Shown here: piece by piece, positions 10,720 through 22,321 of the stretch
Layout: each line of letters begins with the position of its first letter
Position numbering within the stretch: the stretch's first letter is position 1
NCBI GenBank assembly: GCA_947588735.1
Contig: CANQAD010000002.1
Coordinates: 2,314-66,313 of the forward strand
DNA from: an uncultured Akkermansia sp.
GTDB lineage: Bacteria > Verrucomicrobiota > Verrucomicrobiia > Verrucomicrobiales > Akkermansiaceae
DNA: 64,000 nt
Direction: 5' to 3'
The notes under the pieces: model-generated
The model's input: the letters and a program-made list of their open reading frames with translations, nothing else
The model's database searches: none
Told to the model about the DNA's origin: nothing
Made by a program: the position numbers and the translations under genes

Positions 10720-10947
10720 CCGGGCAAACGTATTTGGAAGAAAGTTCATCAGCAGAGGAAATGCTCTTGTTGACTGATATCACCGTGGATACGCATCAAA
10801 AATCATGGCAACAAATGGTTATCATGATGATGGCGCTCAAGCACCCTTCTGCATGCGTTTATGATGCAAAAAAACATCATAATATTCACATTATCAATAA
10901 ATCATCAATCTTAAACAGCAATCGCATCTTCTCATGCGGTTGGGCCG
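10720..10947 (-). mobile_element. MITE-like family A, degenerate copy
   Basis: The reverse complement aligns along its length with 31764-32003. Degenerate TIRs ccgggcaaacgtat / atgcggttgggccg. Confidence 0.75.
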
Positions 10948-10965
10948 TTGCGCCGGGCAACACGT

Positions 10966-10994
10966 TTGACAGCACACGCCACATGCGCTACAAT
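10966..10994 (+). promoter_or_regulatory. Sigma70-type promoter of hemC (leaderless geometry)
   Basis: TTGACA-17-TACAAT, then 6 nt, then ATG 11001. Confidence 0.75.
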
Positions 10995-11000
10995 GCCACT

Positions 11001-11924
11001 ATGCAGGGTAAGTTCTTTCGCATTGGCACACGCAGCAGTGAGTTGGCTGTTCGGCAAACTCGGATGGTGGAGCAGGCCTTACGCGCGTCACATCCAGATA
11101 TGCAGACGCAGATTGTTCCCATCCACACCGCAGGCGATGATCGAACAGATATTCCTCTCTGTGAGGTCAACAAAGCTACGGGCACGGCGGATAAGGGGGT
11201 ATTCGTCGCTGCAATTGAGGAGGCATTGGCACGCGGAGAAATCGATTGCGCAGTACACAGCTGCAAGGATATGCCCGGCGTGATAGACGAGCGTATGCAG
11301 ATTGCCGCTGTGCTCCCGCGTGAGGTCATCAACGATACACTTGTCATCCGCCGCGGGGCGAACATGAACGCCCCGGTCATCGGTACCTCCAGCGTGCGAC
11401 GGAGAGCGTTGGTGCAGGCGTACTGGAGTGGGCGTGCACACGCGGTGCAGCTACGTGGGAATGTGACGACCCGCCTGCGCAAACTTGCAGAGAGCGAGCA
11501 GATGGATGCCATCATTCTTGCCCGCGCAGGATTGAACCGCTTAGGTGAGTCGCAGAGCATTGTGCCGAACACCGTAACGTTGGTAGATTTGGACTGCGAC
11601 AGTTTTATGCCTGCCCTTTGCCAAGGGGCCATCGCGGTGGAGGTTCGGCGCAGTGATGCAGCAACGTATGAACTCGTACGCAGCATCAATCACGAATCGA
11701 GCGAGTTGACCGTCCGTGCCGAGCGCGCTTTCTTGGCCGCGTTGCACGCAGACTGCTCCGTACCAGTCGGAGGCTATGCGAAAATTCAGGGTCCGGTGCT
11801 CGAACTGCGCGTGCTGTATTTCTGCCCGGATGGCGTTGCCCTGCGCCACATCCAGCGGGGCCCCGTAACTGACCCGGAATCCATCGGTTGCGCGGCAGCG
11901 AATGCACTTCGTGCTCTCATGTGA
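11001..11924 (+). CDS. hemC: Hydroxymethylbilane synthase (porphobilinogen deaminase)
   Basis: RIGTRSSELA, KGVFV, AVHSCKDMP, GTSSVRR, LRGNVTTRL and DCSVPVG motifs. Start moved from 10701 to 11001 because the extension translates a MITE. Confidence 0.95.
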   Translation: MQGKFFRIGTRSSELAVRQTRMVEQALRASHPDMQTQIVPIHTAGDDRTDIPLCEVNKATGTADKGVFVAAIEEALARGEIDCAVHSCKDMPGVIDERMQIAAVLPREVINDTLVIRRGANMNAPVIGTSSVRRRALVQAYWSGRAHAVQLRGNVTTRLRKLAESEQMDAIILARAGLNRLGESQSIVPNTVTLVDLDCDSFMPALCQGAIAVEVRRSDAATYELVRSINHESSELTVRAERAFLAALHADCSVPVGGYAKIQGPVLELRVLYFCPDGVALRHIQRGPVTDPESIGCAAANALRALM

Positions 11925-11984
11925 ATCCGCGTTTGAGGCACATCCCCCTTCGTTCTGACACGGAGCAAGTTGACCGTGGGTGAT

Positions 11985-12818
11985 TCAGCGTCCCTTGGGG
12001 AGGCGAACATCACGGATGGGGAAGGGGATGGAGATGTTTTCCTCGACAAAAGCATGCAAAAGAGCGGTAGCGAAAGCGTAGCGCACAGCGTGGTATTCCT
12101 GGGTTTGGCACCAGGCGCCGATATGCAGGTTGAGCGAGGAATCGCCAAAACAGGAGAACTGGATGGTGGTGCTGTGCTTGTCGTCCACGAATAATCCCGG
12201 TTGTTCCGTAACCACACGCTCGATCACTTGTCGCACATGCGCCAAATCTGAGGAATAATCCACGCCCACATCCAAATCACAACGGCGAATTTTGTCATTT
12301 GTCATGTTGACCACCGGATTTTTGATGAGCGTTTCGCATGGAATACGGATGAGCGAGTGATCCGGCTGGCGCAGGTAGATGGAGAGAAGGTTGATGCTTT
12401 CCACCGTGCCTTCCAAGGTATCCACCCGGACGTAATCGCCGATTTTGAAACTGCTTTCCGAGATGAGGAAAAAGCCGCTGATAAGGTTGCTGAGGGCTGT
12501 TTGGGAGGCAAAGCCAATCGCAATACCAGCAACGCCCGCCGCGCCAAGAATGCTCACGAGATCCACGCCGACTGCCCGTAGAGCCTGCACCAATGCCAGA
12601 ACCCAAATGATGGAGTTGATGAGCTTCGCCAAAAAACGCACAGCCGGGTGTGTGTGCTTATGTGTGCGCATGTAGCGCAAAAACACATGCTTCACAATGC
12701 GCGTGATGACAAATGCAATGAGCAGGTACACTGCAAAAGACACCCAACCGCCATCCAGCAACTTGTGCCAGAGCGTCAGCAACTCACTCGCCCAGTTGGT
12801 AGTCGTGCTTTCTTCCAT
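11985..12818 (-). CDS. mscS: Small-conductance mechanosensitive channel (MscS family)
   Basis: Three TM segments, GAAGVAGIAIGFASQ..LSNLISG, FKIGDYV and ISIPFP. Confidence 0.9.
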   Translation of the reverse strand: MEESTTTNWASELLTLWHKLLDGGWVSFAVYLLIAFVITRIVKHVFLRYMRTHKHTHPAVRFLAKLINSIIWVLALVQALRAVGVDLVSILGAAGVAGIAIGFASQTALSNLISGFFLISESSFKIGDYVRVDTLEGTVESINLLSIYLRQPDHSLIRIPCETLIKNPVVNMTNDKIRRCDLDVGVDYSSDLAHVRQVIERVVTEQPGLFVDDKHSTTIQFSCFGDSSLNLHIGAWCQTQEYHAVRYAFATALLHAFVEENISIPFPIRDVRLPKGR

Positions 12819-12830
12819 GAGTGAAGCAGT

Positions 12831-16037
<3,207 letters not shown>

Positions 16038-16180
16038 AGCGTGGGTATAAACTTGCAGATATATGCCATATTCGCGTGCGAATTGCAAGACAAATTGCTG
16101 AAACTTGCCCGTTCAGGAACGCCTTTTTCAAATGGGATTGCTTTTTGAGCCCGGAAAGGGTACAATGCCCTCACGATCCC

Positions 16181-17215
16181 GTGAAGGTAACCCCATTCAA
16201 GATTTTTTCGCTCAAGCTGGCGTTTTTTAGTGCTGTGCTTGCGTATTTGGCTGTGGATTTGCTGGTGTGGCACGGGCCGGTGTGGGGGGCACTGCACAGT
16301 CAGCGGGCAAATGTTGTTCCTGAGGACACAGTGGCAAAAGTTTACGGCGAGCTTGTGTCGTGCGATGCGTTGGAACGCCTTGAGCAGGAGCAAAATTGGC
16401 TGCGAGGACGCACTGAAACTCCTGAGGAGGAGCACGCTGCCATGCTCATGGAGTTGGTGCGACGCACCCTGTTGGGTATCCGCACGCGCTACAATGACAA
16501 AAATTTGCCGGATTACACAGAGGAGGCTCGTGCCGAGCTTTCACGGTTGGAAAGTCGGGCGGTGAGCGCCCAGGAGTTTGATACATGGTTGGCGAGTCAG
16601 GGGTACACGCGGCAGAGCTTCGAACAGCGGTTGACAATGGCTATGAAGTCTGCGGCGTTGCTGGAACGCGCGGCGGAGCAGCATTGCGCGGTGAGCGATG
16701 CGGATGCGGACAGACATTACGAGCTGCTGTCCGAGCAGTTGAGCATTCCCGCCCACCGGCAGGTGAAGCAAATTTTTCTGGCCACGTTGGAGAAGAATCC
16801 GCAAGCCGTGGAAACCAAAGCACGGGACCTACTGACACAAGTGCAAAACGGGGGGGATTTCGCCCAGCTTGCCCGCAGCAATAGCGAGGACGACGCCACT
16901 GCGGCAAACGGCGGAGATTTGGGGGAGATATACGATACGCCAGAGCGCATGCTGCCGGAGCTTCCTCTCTTCGGGGAGCAGGCATTGCCGGCAGGCAAGC
17001 CGACGCTGGTGCAAAGTCGCTGGGGTTGGCATATTCTCTTGCCCGGGGAGATAACGCCTGCGCGAGTGCCTGGAGCAGGGGAGTGCAGAGAGTCGTTGAA
17101 GACGGCGATTCGCAGTGCGCAGAGAGAATTGGCCGTGCATGCGTATTATGAGGCGGCGATTCGTGAGGCTTTCGGCAACGAACACCTTCAGATATATGGC
17201 AAAAGAGACGATTAG
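16181..17215 (+). CDS. Parvulin-type peptidyl-prolyl isomerase (PrsA/SurA-like), membrane anchored
   Basis: N-terminal TM helix; DFAQLARSNSED..TAANGGDLG and SRWGWHIL rotamase motifs. GTG start inferred downstream of TACAAT at 16161. Confidence 0.85.
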   Translation: MKVTPFKIFSLKLAFFSAVLAYLAVDLLVWHGPVWGALHSQRANVVPEDTVAKVYGELVSCDALERLEQEQNWLRGRTETPEEEHAAMLMELVRRTLLGIRTRYNDKNLPDYTEEARAELSRLESRAVSAQEFDTWLASQGYTRQSFEQRLTMAMKSAALLERAAEQHCAVSDADADRHYELLSEQLSIPAHRQVKQIFLATLEKNPQAVETKARDLLTQVQNGGDFAQLARSNSEDDATAANGGDLGEIYDTPERMLPELPLFGEQALPAGKPTLVQSRWGWHILLPGEITPARVPGAGECRESLKTAIRSAQRELAVHAYYEAAIREAFGNEHLQIYGKRDD

Positions 17216-18503
17216 CTCGTGTTATGCGTCGCATCCCCTGCGTGGAGAGCTGGTTGTTCCGGGTGACAAGAGTATCTCTCATCGCGTGGCAATACTGGGC
17301 GGGTTGGCGACCGGAAGCATGCGCGTGCGCAACTACCTGTGCAGCGCAGATTGTTTGAATACGCTGCACGCCATGCAGCAGCTCGGCGCTGTCGTCAGCC
17401 CTGCCGTCAACGCAGAGAGTTTCTCCATGACGGGGGTAGCCATGCATCCGCGGGCTCCTGAGAGGGATATTGATTGCGGAAACTCGGGCACGGGGATGCG
17501 TTTGCTAGCCGGAGTACTCAGCGCGCTTCCTTTCAGCAGTCGGCTGGTTGGGGATGAATCATTGAGTCGGCGCCCCATGCGTCGCATCATGACGCCGTTG
17601 GAGCAGATGGGCGCACATATCACGCCGCACGGCGAGAAAGAAGGTTGCGCCCCATTGGAGATAACCGGAGGTCAGTTGCAACCCATTAGCTACGCTTTGC
17701 CCATGGCCAGCGCGCAGGTGAAAAGCGCTATCTTGCTGGCCGGGTTGTTCACCAGAGGCGAGACGCGTGTGCTGCAACCTGCCGTTACTCGCGACCACAC
17801 CGAACGGTTGCTGCGCTACTTCGGGGCGCCTTGTACAGAGTCTCCGGATCATCTGAGCGTTGCCGTCCGAGGGCAGGTTCACTTGCGCGCGAGAGACATT
17901 GACGTGCCGTCAGATTTTTCATCTGCGGCGTTTTGGATGGTGGCCGCCAGCATTGTTCCCGGTAGCGAAGTGACGCTGCGCGGAGTGGGGTTGAATCCTA
18001 CGCGCACGGCGTTGTTGGGCGTTCTGCGTCGCATGGGTGCGCGGATTGAGATCACCAACGAGCGAGGGGAAGGAGAACCAGTGGGAGATATAACGGTGCG
18101 CTACGCGACGGATTTGCACGGCACGGATGTACTGCCGGATGAGGTACCGAATCTCATTGATGAAGTGCCGATTTTGTGTGTGGCAGCTGCTTGTGCCCAA
18201 GGGGATACGACAATTCGTCAAGCGTCGGAATTACGCGTTAAGGAGAGTGATCGTATCAGTAGCGTCGTCCACAATCTACAAGCCATGGGAGCCGTGGCAC
18301 GGGAGTATGAAGATGGTATGCAGATTACGGGGGGAGCACCGTTGGTTGGTGCCACACTTGACAGTTATACAGACCACAGAGTCGCCATGAGTTTTCTTGT
18401 TGCCGGATTGAGAGCCAGCGGACAGACCCGCTTGTTGCGTTGCTCAAACATCGACACCTCATACCCCGGTTTTGAAGAACACATGCAATTGCTTGTCCGT
18501 TGA
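17196..18503 (+). CDS. aroA: 3-phosphoshikimate 1-carboxyvinyltransferase (EPSP synthase)
   Basis: PGDKSISHR, DCGNSGTGMR, SAQVKSA, RDHTE, ELRVKESDRI and DHRVAM. Confidence 0.97.
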   Translation: MAKETISSCYASHPLRGELVVPGDKSISHRVAILGGLATGSMRVRNYLCSADCLNTLHAMQQLGAVVSPAVNAESFSMTGVAMHPRAPERDIDCGNSGTGMRLLAGVLSALPFSSRLVGDESLSRRPMRRIMTPLEQMGAHITPHGEKEGCAPLEITGGQLQPISYALPMASAQVKSAILLAGLFTRGETRVLQPAVTRDHTERLLRYFGAPCTESPDHLSVAVRGQVHLRARDIDVPSDFSSAAFWMVAASIVPGSEVTLRGVGLNPTRTALLGVLRRMGARIEITNERGEGEPVGDITVRYATDLHGTDVLPDEVPNLIDEVPILCVAAACAQGDTTIRQASELRVKESDRISSVVHNLQAMGAVAREYEDGMQITGGAPLVGATLDSYTDHRVAMSFLVAGLRASGQTRLLRCSNIDTSYPGFEEHMQLLVR

Positions 18504-18509
18504 ACTGAC

Positions 18510-20348
18510 ATGTCCCGCATCACAGAGGAATGCGAAGCGCGCATCAAAAGCTCGGCCGATATCGTCGAGGTTGTGGGGCGTTATGTGCCGTTGAGGCGGG
18601 CAGGCTATTCATGGAAGGCATGCTGTCCGTTTCACAACGAGAAAACCCCTTCATTTCATGTGAACCCGGCTCGGCAGAGTTTTCACTGCTTTGGTTGTGG
18701 AGTTGGCGGGGATGCGGTGAAGTTTGTCATGATGTTCGAGAATTTGGATTACCCGACGGCGCTGCGGCGCTTGGCGGATATTGGCGGGATCCCGGTTATT
18801 GAGGAGGAAGAGAACCCGGAGATAGCTCGGCAGCGGCGACTGCGTACTTTGATTATTCAACTCAATGAGTTGGCGGCGCGTTATTTTCACCACCAGCTTT
18901 GCCGTAGCAAGGAAGCCCAACATGCTCGTGATTACCTGGCACAGCGCGGCGTCAACATTGAAGAGGCTAAATCCTGGCAGCTTGGGTGGGCGCCGCCGGA
19001 TTTTGGAGCGCTGCGCCAATTGGCAAAATCTCACGGGTTCGATGATCGGACATTGCTTGCAGCCAATTTGGTGAGTAGGAATGATCGTGGCGATTATCCC
19101 GTGTTTCGTGATCGCCTCATGTTCCCCATATACAATGTGCGTGGTGAAGTGCTTGGATTTTCCGGCCGTGTGATGCGTGGCGATCAGGATCCCCGCAAGT
19201 ATGTCAACACCGCCGAGACTGTAGCTTTCCATAAGGGTGAGCTGCTTTTTGGACTGAATAAAGCTACGGCTCCCATCGGAAAGGCTGGTATGCAGGTGGT
19301 TATTTGTGAAGGACAGCTGGATGTCATCGCCTGTCATGAGAAAGCGAATGTGCGCAACGCCGTGGCCGGACTTGGTACGGCGTTCACCGACGATCACGCG
19401 CGCATATTGGCCAAATATGCCAAGAGAGCTACCCTTTGTTATGACGGTGACCGGGCGGGCATCGCCGCGAGCGAGAAAACATACCGCAAGCTCGCTCAGG
19501 CCGGGCTGGATGTGTACCAGGCTGCCTTGCCTCCCGGGGAGGACCCGGACTCACTCATTCGCTCGCAGGGTGCGGAGGCTTTGCAGCAAGCTATTGCCAA
19601 TGCCCGTCCCTATCTGATTTGCCGGGTATCGCATGAGCTCGAAAATTGTGGGCAGGATGCTGCGGCGCGGGCGGCTTTGGTGCCGCGCATGGCGGAACTT
19701 ACGGCACAGATGCCTGATTTGATTCGTCGTGATGCAGCTATTGTTGATCTTGCAACGCGGCTCAACATCGGGCTGGATTCTTTTCGGGCGACTGTGGATA
19801 AGACGCTTATTCAGCAGAAGAAGGCAGCGCGCCGTGAGACTGCTCGGAGCGGCAGCGAAGGTACTCCGGCAGACCGGCTTGACGAGCAGACGGAACTGAT
19901 GCCGCTACAGGTGCATAATGCCATAGCAGGATTGATTTCCATGGCCATCAGCAGCAAGCTGGCTCAAGATATTTTGGTAGAGAGAGTAGAGGATCTCCAG
20001 GAACCGATTCGCACATTGCCCGGTGGCATACTTTTACAGCGGGTGTTGGAGAGCTTGCCACTTCCTGGGGATGAGAAAGCGCTGAGCGAGTTTGCTGAAG
20101 AACTCTCACCGGAACAGGCTCTTGCCCTGCGTTCCGTACCGATGGAAAATTATCCGGAGGATCATCTGGATGAACATGTCAATTTTGCGTGTGCCAGGGC
20201 TGTCGTTTTCGCGTTGAGGGAGCGTATAGATACATTACGTGGCCGCATACGTGAGCTTTCAGATGATCCGGAAAAAATGAGAGCTGCCCTCAAGGAACTG
20301 CAGCAGCTTCAGCTCTTGCTCTCCACCACTGACTCCTTGGAATCATGA
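18510..20348 (+). CDS. dnaG: DNA primase
   Basis: CPFHNEKTPSF..CFGC zinc finger, RDRLMFPI, KYVNT, TOPRIM EGQLDV and YDGDRAG. Confidence 0.97.
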   Translation: MSRITEECEARIKSSADIVEVVGRYVPLRRAGYSWKACCPFHNEKTPSFHVNPARQSFHCFGCGVGGDAVKFVMMFENLDYPTALRRLADIGGIPVIEEEENPEIARQRRLRTLIIQLNELAARYFHHQLCRSKEAQHARDYLAQRGVNIEEAKSWQLGWAPPDFGALRQLAKSHGFDDRTLLAANLVSRNDRGDYPVFRDRLMFPIYNVRGEVLGFSGRVMRGDQDPRKYVNTAETVAFHKGELLFGLNKATAPIGKAGMQVVICEGQLDVIACHEKANVRNAVAGLGTAFTDDHARILAKYAKRATLCYDGDRAGIAASEKTYRKLAQAGLDVYQAALPPGEDPDSLIRSQGAEALQQAIANARPYLICRVSHELENCGQDAAARAALVPRMAELTAQMPDLIRRDAAIVDLATRLNIGLDSFRATVDKTLIQQKKAARRETARSGSEGTPADRLDEQTELMPLQVHNAIAGLISMAISSKLAQDILVERVEDLQEPIRTLPGGILLQRVLESLPLPGDEKALSEFAEELSPEQALALRSVPMENYPEDHLDEHVNFACARAVVFALRERIDTLRGRIRELSDDPEKMRAALKELQQLQLLLSTTDSLES

Positions 20349-21652
20349 GCCCTCACTCCCCACAGCTTGAGCAGGGAATACACCAGAGCATGGTGATGGG
20401 GACTTCAATGAAGCTTTTCCTGCGTACCTTGCAGGCTACCCAGACAGAACTTGCACAGATGGCTACTCAAGCCCTCAATTCCAACCCTGCGCTGGAGGAA
20501 GAACCGCCGCCAATACAGGAGGAATCTGGCTCAGAGCCAGATTTTGAAGCGACACGACGTCATGATTACATAATGGAGACACTGCCGCAGCACAAGACGC
20601 TCCGTGAACACTTGGAGGAGCAGGTGATGCAGAGTGCACTCTCACGCGTTTTGGAGAGGGATGCGCTTGCACTTATTGCGCGTCTGGATGCGCATGGCTT
20701 TTTTGCAGAGTCACCTGACAGTTTGAGAATACCGGAGGTTCGACTCAATCAGGCTTTGCGTGTGGTGCAGGATCTGGAACCAGCCGGGGTAGGGGCTGTT
20801 GATTTGCGAGAGAGTTTACTGCTGCAGCTTCAGCGAGAAGGGGAACAGCAGAGCCTTGCTTACCGCCTGGTGCATGACTGCTGGGATGATTTGACGCACC
20901 ATCGCTTTCCTCAGGCTGCACGCTCTCTCGGCGTGAGTGAAAACGCCTTGAGTATTGCTGTACACCGCATTTCTCGCCTCAATCCTGATCCCGGAAGTTA
21001 TTTTTCTACCGTGGAGCAACCAATTGGCAGTCCTGACGTGCTCGTCGAGCGCCAGGGCAGTGAGCTATCCGTTGCTTTGACGGGCGAGATGGTACCCCGA
21101 TTGGCGCTTTCTGCGCAGTATCGAGAGATGCTTGCCGAGCAGGGCGATAAAGCAGAACTGCGTCGCTACCTCTCCCAATGTTTTCGGGAGGGGCGGGAAC
21201 TCATTCGAGCCATCGAAAAACGGCAGGAAACCATACTGACCGTCTCACGTGCAATTGTGTTGCGGCAAAAAGATTTCTTTTTCCGCGGGCCCTCTTTTCT
21301 GCGTCCCCTGCGCATGGAAGAAATCGCCGCCGATACGCGGATGCACATTTCCACTGTCTCTCGCGCCGTGAATGGTAAATACCTGCGCTGTGAGCATGGC
21401 GTGTATGAGTTACGTTCGTTCTTTACGGCAGCTCTTCTCAGCAGTGATGGAACTCAAGGCGTATCTGGCGCAGGAGTAAAAGCCCAACTTCGCGCTCTCA
21501 TCGATGCTGAAAATCCGGCGGCACCGCTCAGTGATGCAGCGCTTCAAAAGCTTTTGGCGGAAAGAGGGTTCAATGTGGCTCGCCGCACAATCGCCAAATA
21601 CCGTGACCAACTTCGGATTCTTCCGGCTTCCATGCGGAAATCACGGTTGTAG
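20345..21652 (+). CDS. rpoN: RNA polymerase sigma-54 factor
   Basis: LEPAGVGAVDLRESLLLQL, HISTVSRAV and RpoN box ARRTIAKYR. ATGA overlap with dnaG. Confidence 0.95.
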   Translation: MSPHSPQLEQGIHQSMVMGTSMKLFLRTLQATQTELAQMATQALNSNPALEEEPPPIQEESGSEPDFEATRRHDYIMETLPQHKTLREHLEEQVMQSALSRVLERDALALIARLDAHGFFAESPDSLRIPEVRLNQALRVVQDLEPAGVGAVDLRESLLLQLQREGEQQSLAYRLVHDCWDDLTHHRFPQAARSLGVSENALSIAVHRISRLNPDPGSYFSTVEQPIGSPDVLVERQGSELSVALTGEMVPRLALSAQYREMLAEQGDKAELRRYLSQCFREGRELIRAIEKRQETILTVSRAIVLRQKDFFFRGPSFLRPLRMEEIAADTRMHISTVSRAVNGKYLRCEHGVYELRSFFTAALLSSDGTQGVSGAGVKAQLRALIDAENPAAPLSDAALQKLLAERGFNVARRTIAKYRDQLRILPASMRKSRL

Positions 21653-21666
21653 CATTCCGTGCTGCT

Positions 21667-21699
21667 GGGGCGAGTCGGAACTGCATTTGCCCCTTTTTT
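21667..21699 (+). terminator. Putative intrinsic terminator after rpoN
   Basis: ggggcgag...tttgcccc stem (with G-U pairs) followed by T6. Confidence 0.6.
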
Positions 21700-21747
21700 G
21701 CGCGAAGAGAAGAGGTGAATCTCGGGTGAATCATGCGGCGTAAAAAA

Positions 21748-22257
21748 TTGATTATTTACGAATTACGATTTACGAATTACGATTTGGAAAGTTAGCGAGC
21801 CGGAGGCTCGGGAAATGCGGGGCGAGAGCGACGGGGAAGGGTGGAACTGCGCGCAGAACTGGTTAGAAAGCGAAGCGGAACTTTCGAAGTCGAGATGCGA
21901 TGATCAAGGGAAAGCATCCGGAGTGATGTCATGCCGGGTTGACTCAGCGCCGCCCCATCGGCGCTTGCTTCGGAGTTGCCTCACGACTCTTGCCTCAAAC
22001 TCGCCCCACGCGTTTTCGCCTCTGCGAGGCAAAAGCTATGCTTTTGGCTAAACTGCCTTGCAGCCGTCGGCAGTTTTCACCACTGCGGGGCAAAAGCTGC
22101 GCTTTTGTCCAATCCTCCTGCGCGCCCTCGGAGGCTTTCACGGCCTTGCTGAATCGTCCATGGTTTGCTGTCTCGCGGGCTTACTCCTTTTGTCCACAGA
22201 AAACGCATGGGAAATGGGGTCAATAAGACCGGAGAATATTTTATTGGGACACGTGTG
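21748..22257 (+). mobile_element. MITE-like family B, longest copy (left end not resolved)
   Basis: Heptamer tract (ttacgaa/ttacgat), blocks shared with the 48069, 32025, 52620 and 59064 copies, and right end ttattgggacacgtgtg. Confidence 0.8.
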
Positions 22258-22321
22258 AGGAGCGGCAGGAGCCAAGAACTTTTTCCTTTTCAACGATACG
22301 AAAAGCCACTATAATCCCACC

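Noticed and set aside
10701-11000. N-terminal extensions of hemC (and similarly yccA from 37574, aroB from 59219, prepilin from 48408)
   Set aside because: They translate MITE or promoter DNA. Good promoters lie just before the downstream ATG, and homology starts there.
21748-22258. Similar short ORFs in repeats (AESSMVCCL..ENAWEMG at 22058, 32030, 48175, 52449)
   Set aside because: The similarity follows from DNA-level repeat identity. Starts, lengths and frames are inconsistent, and there are no transposase motifs.
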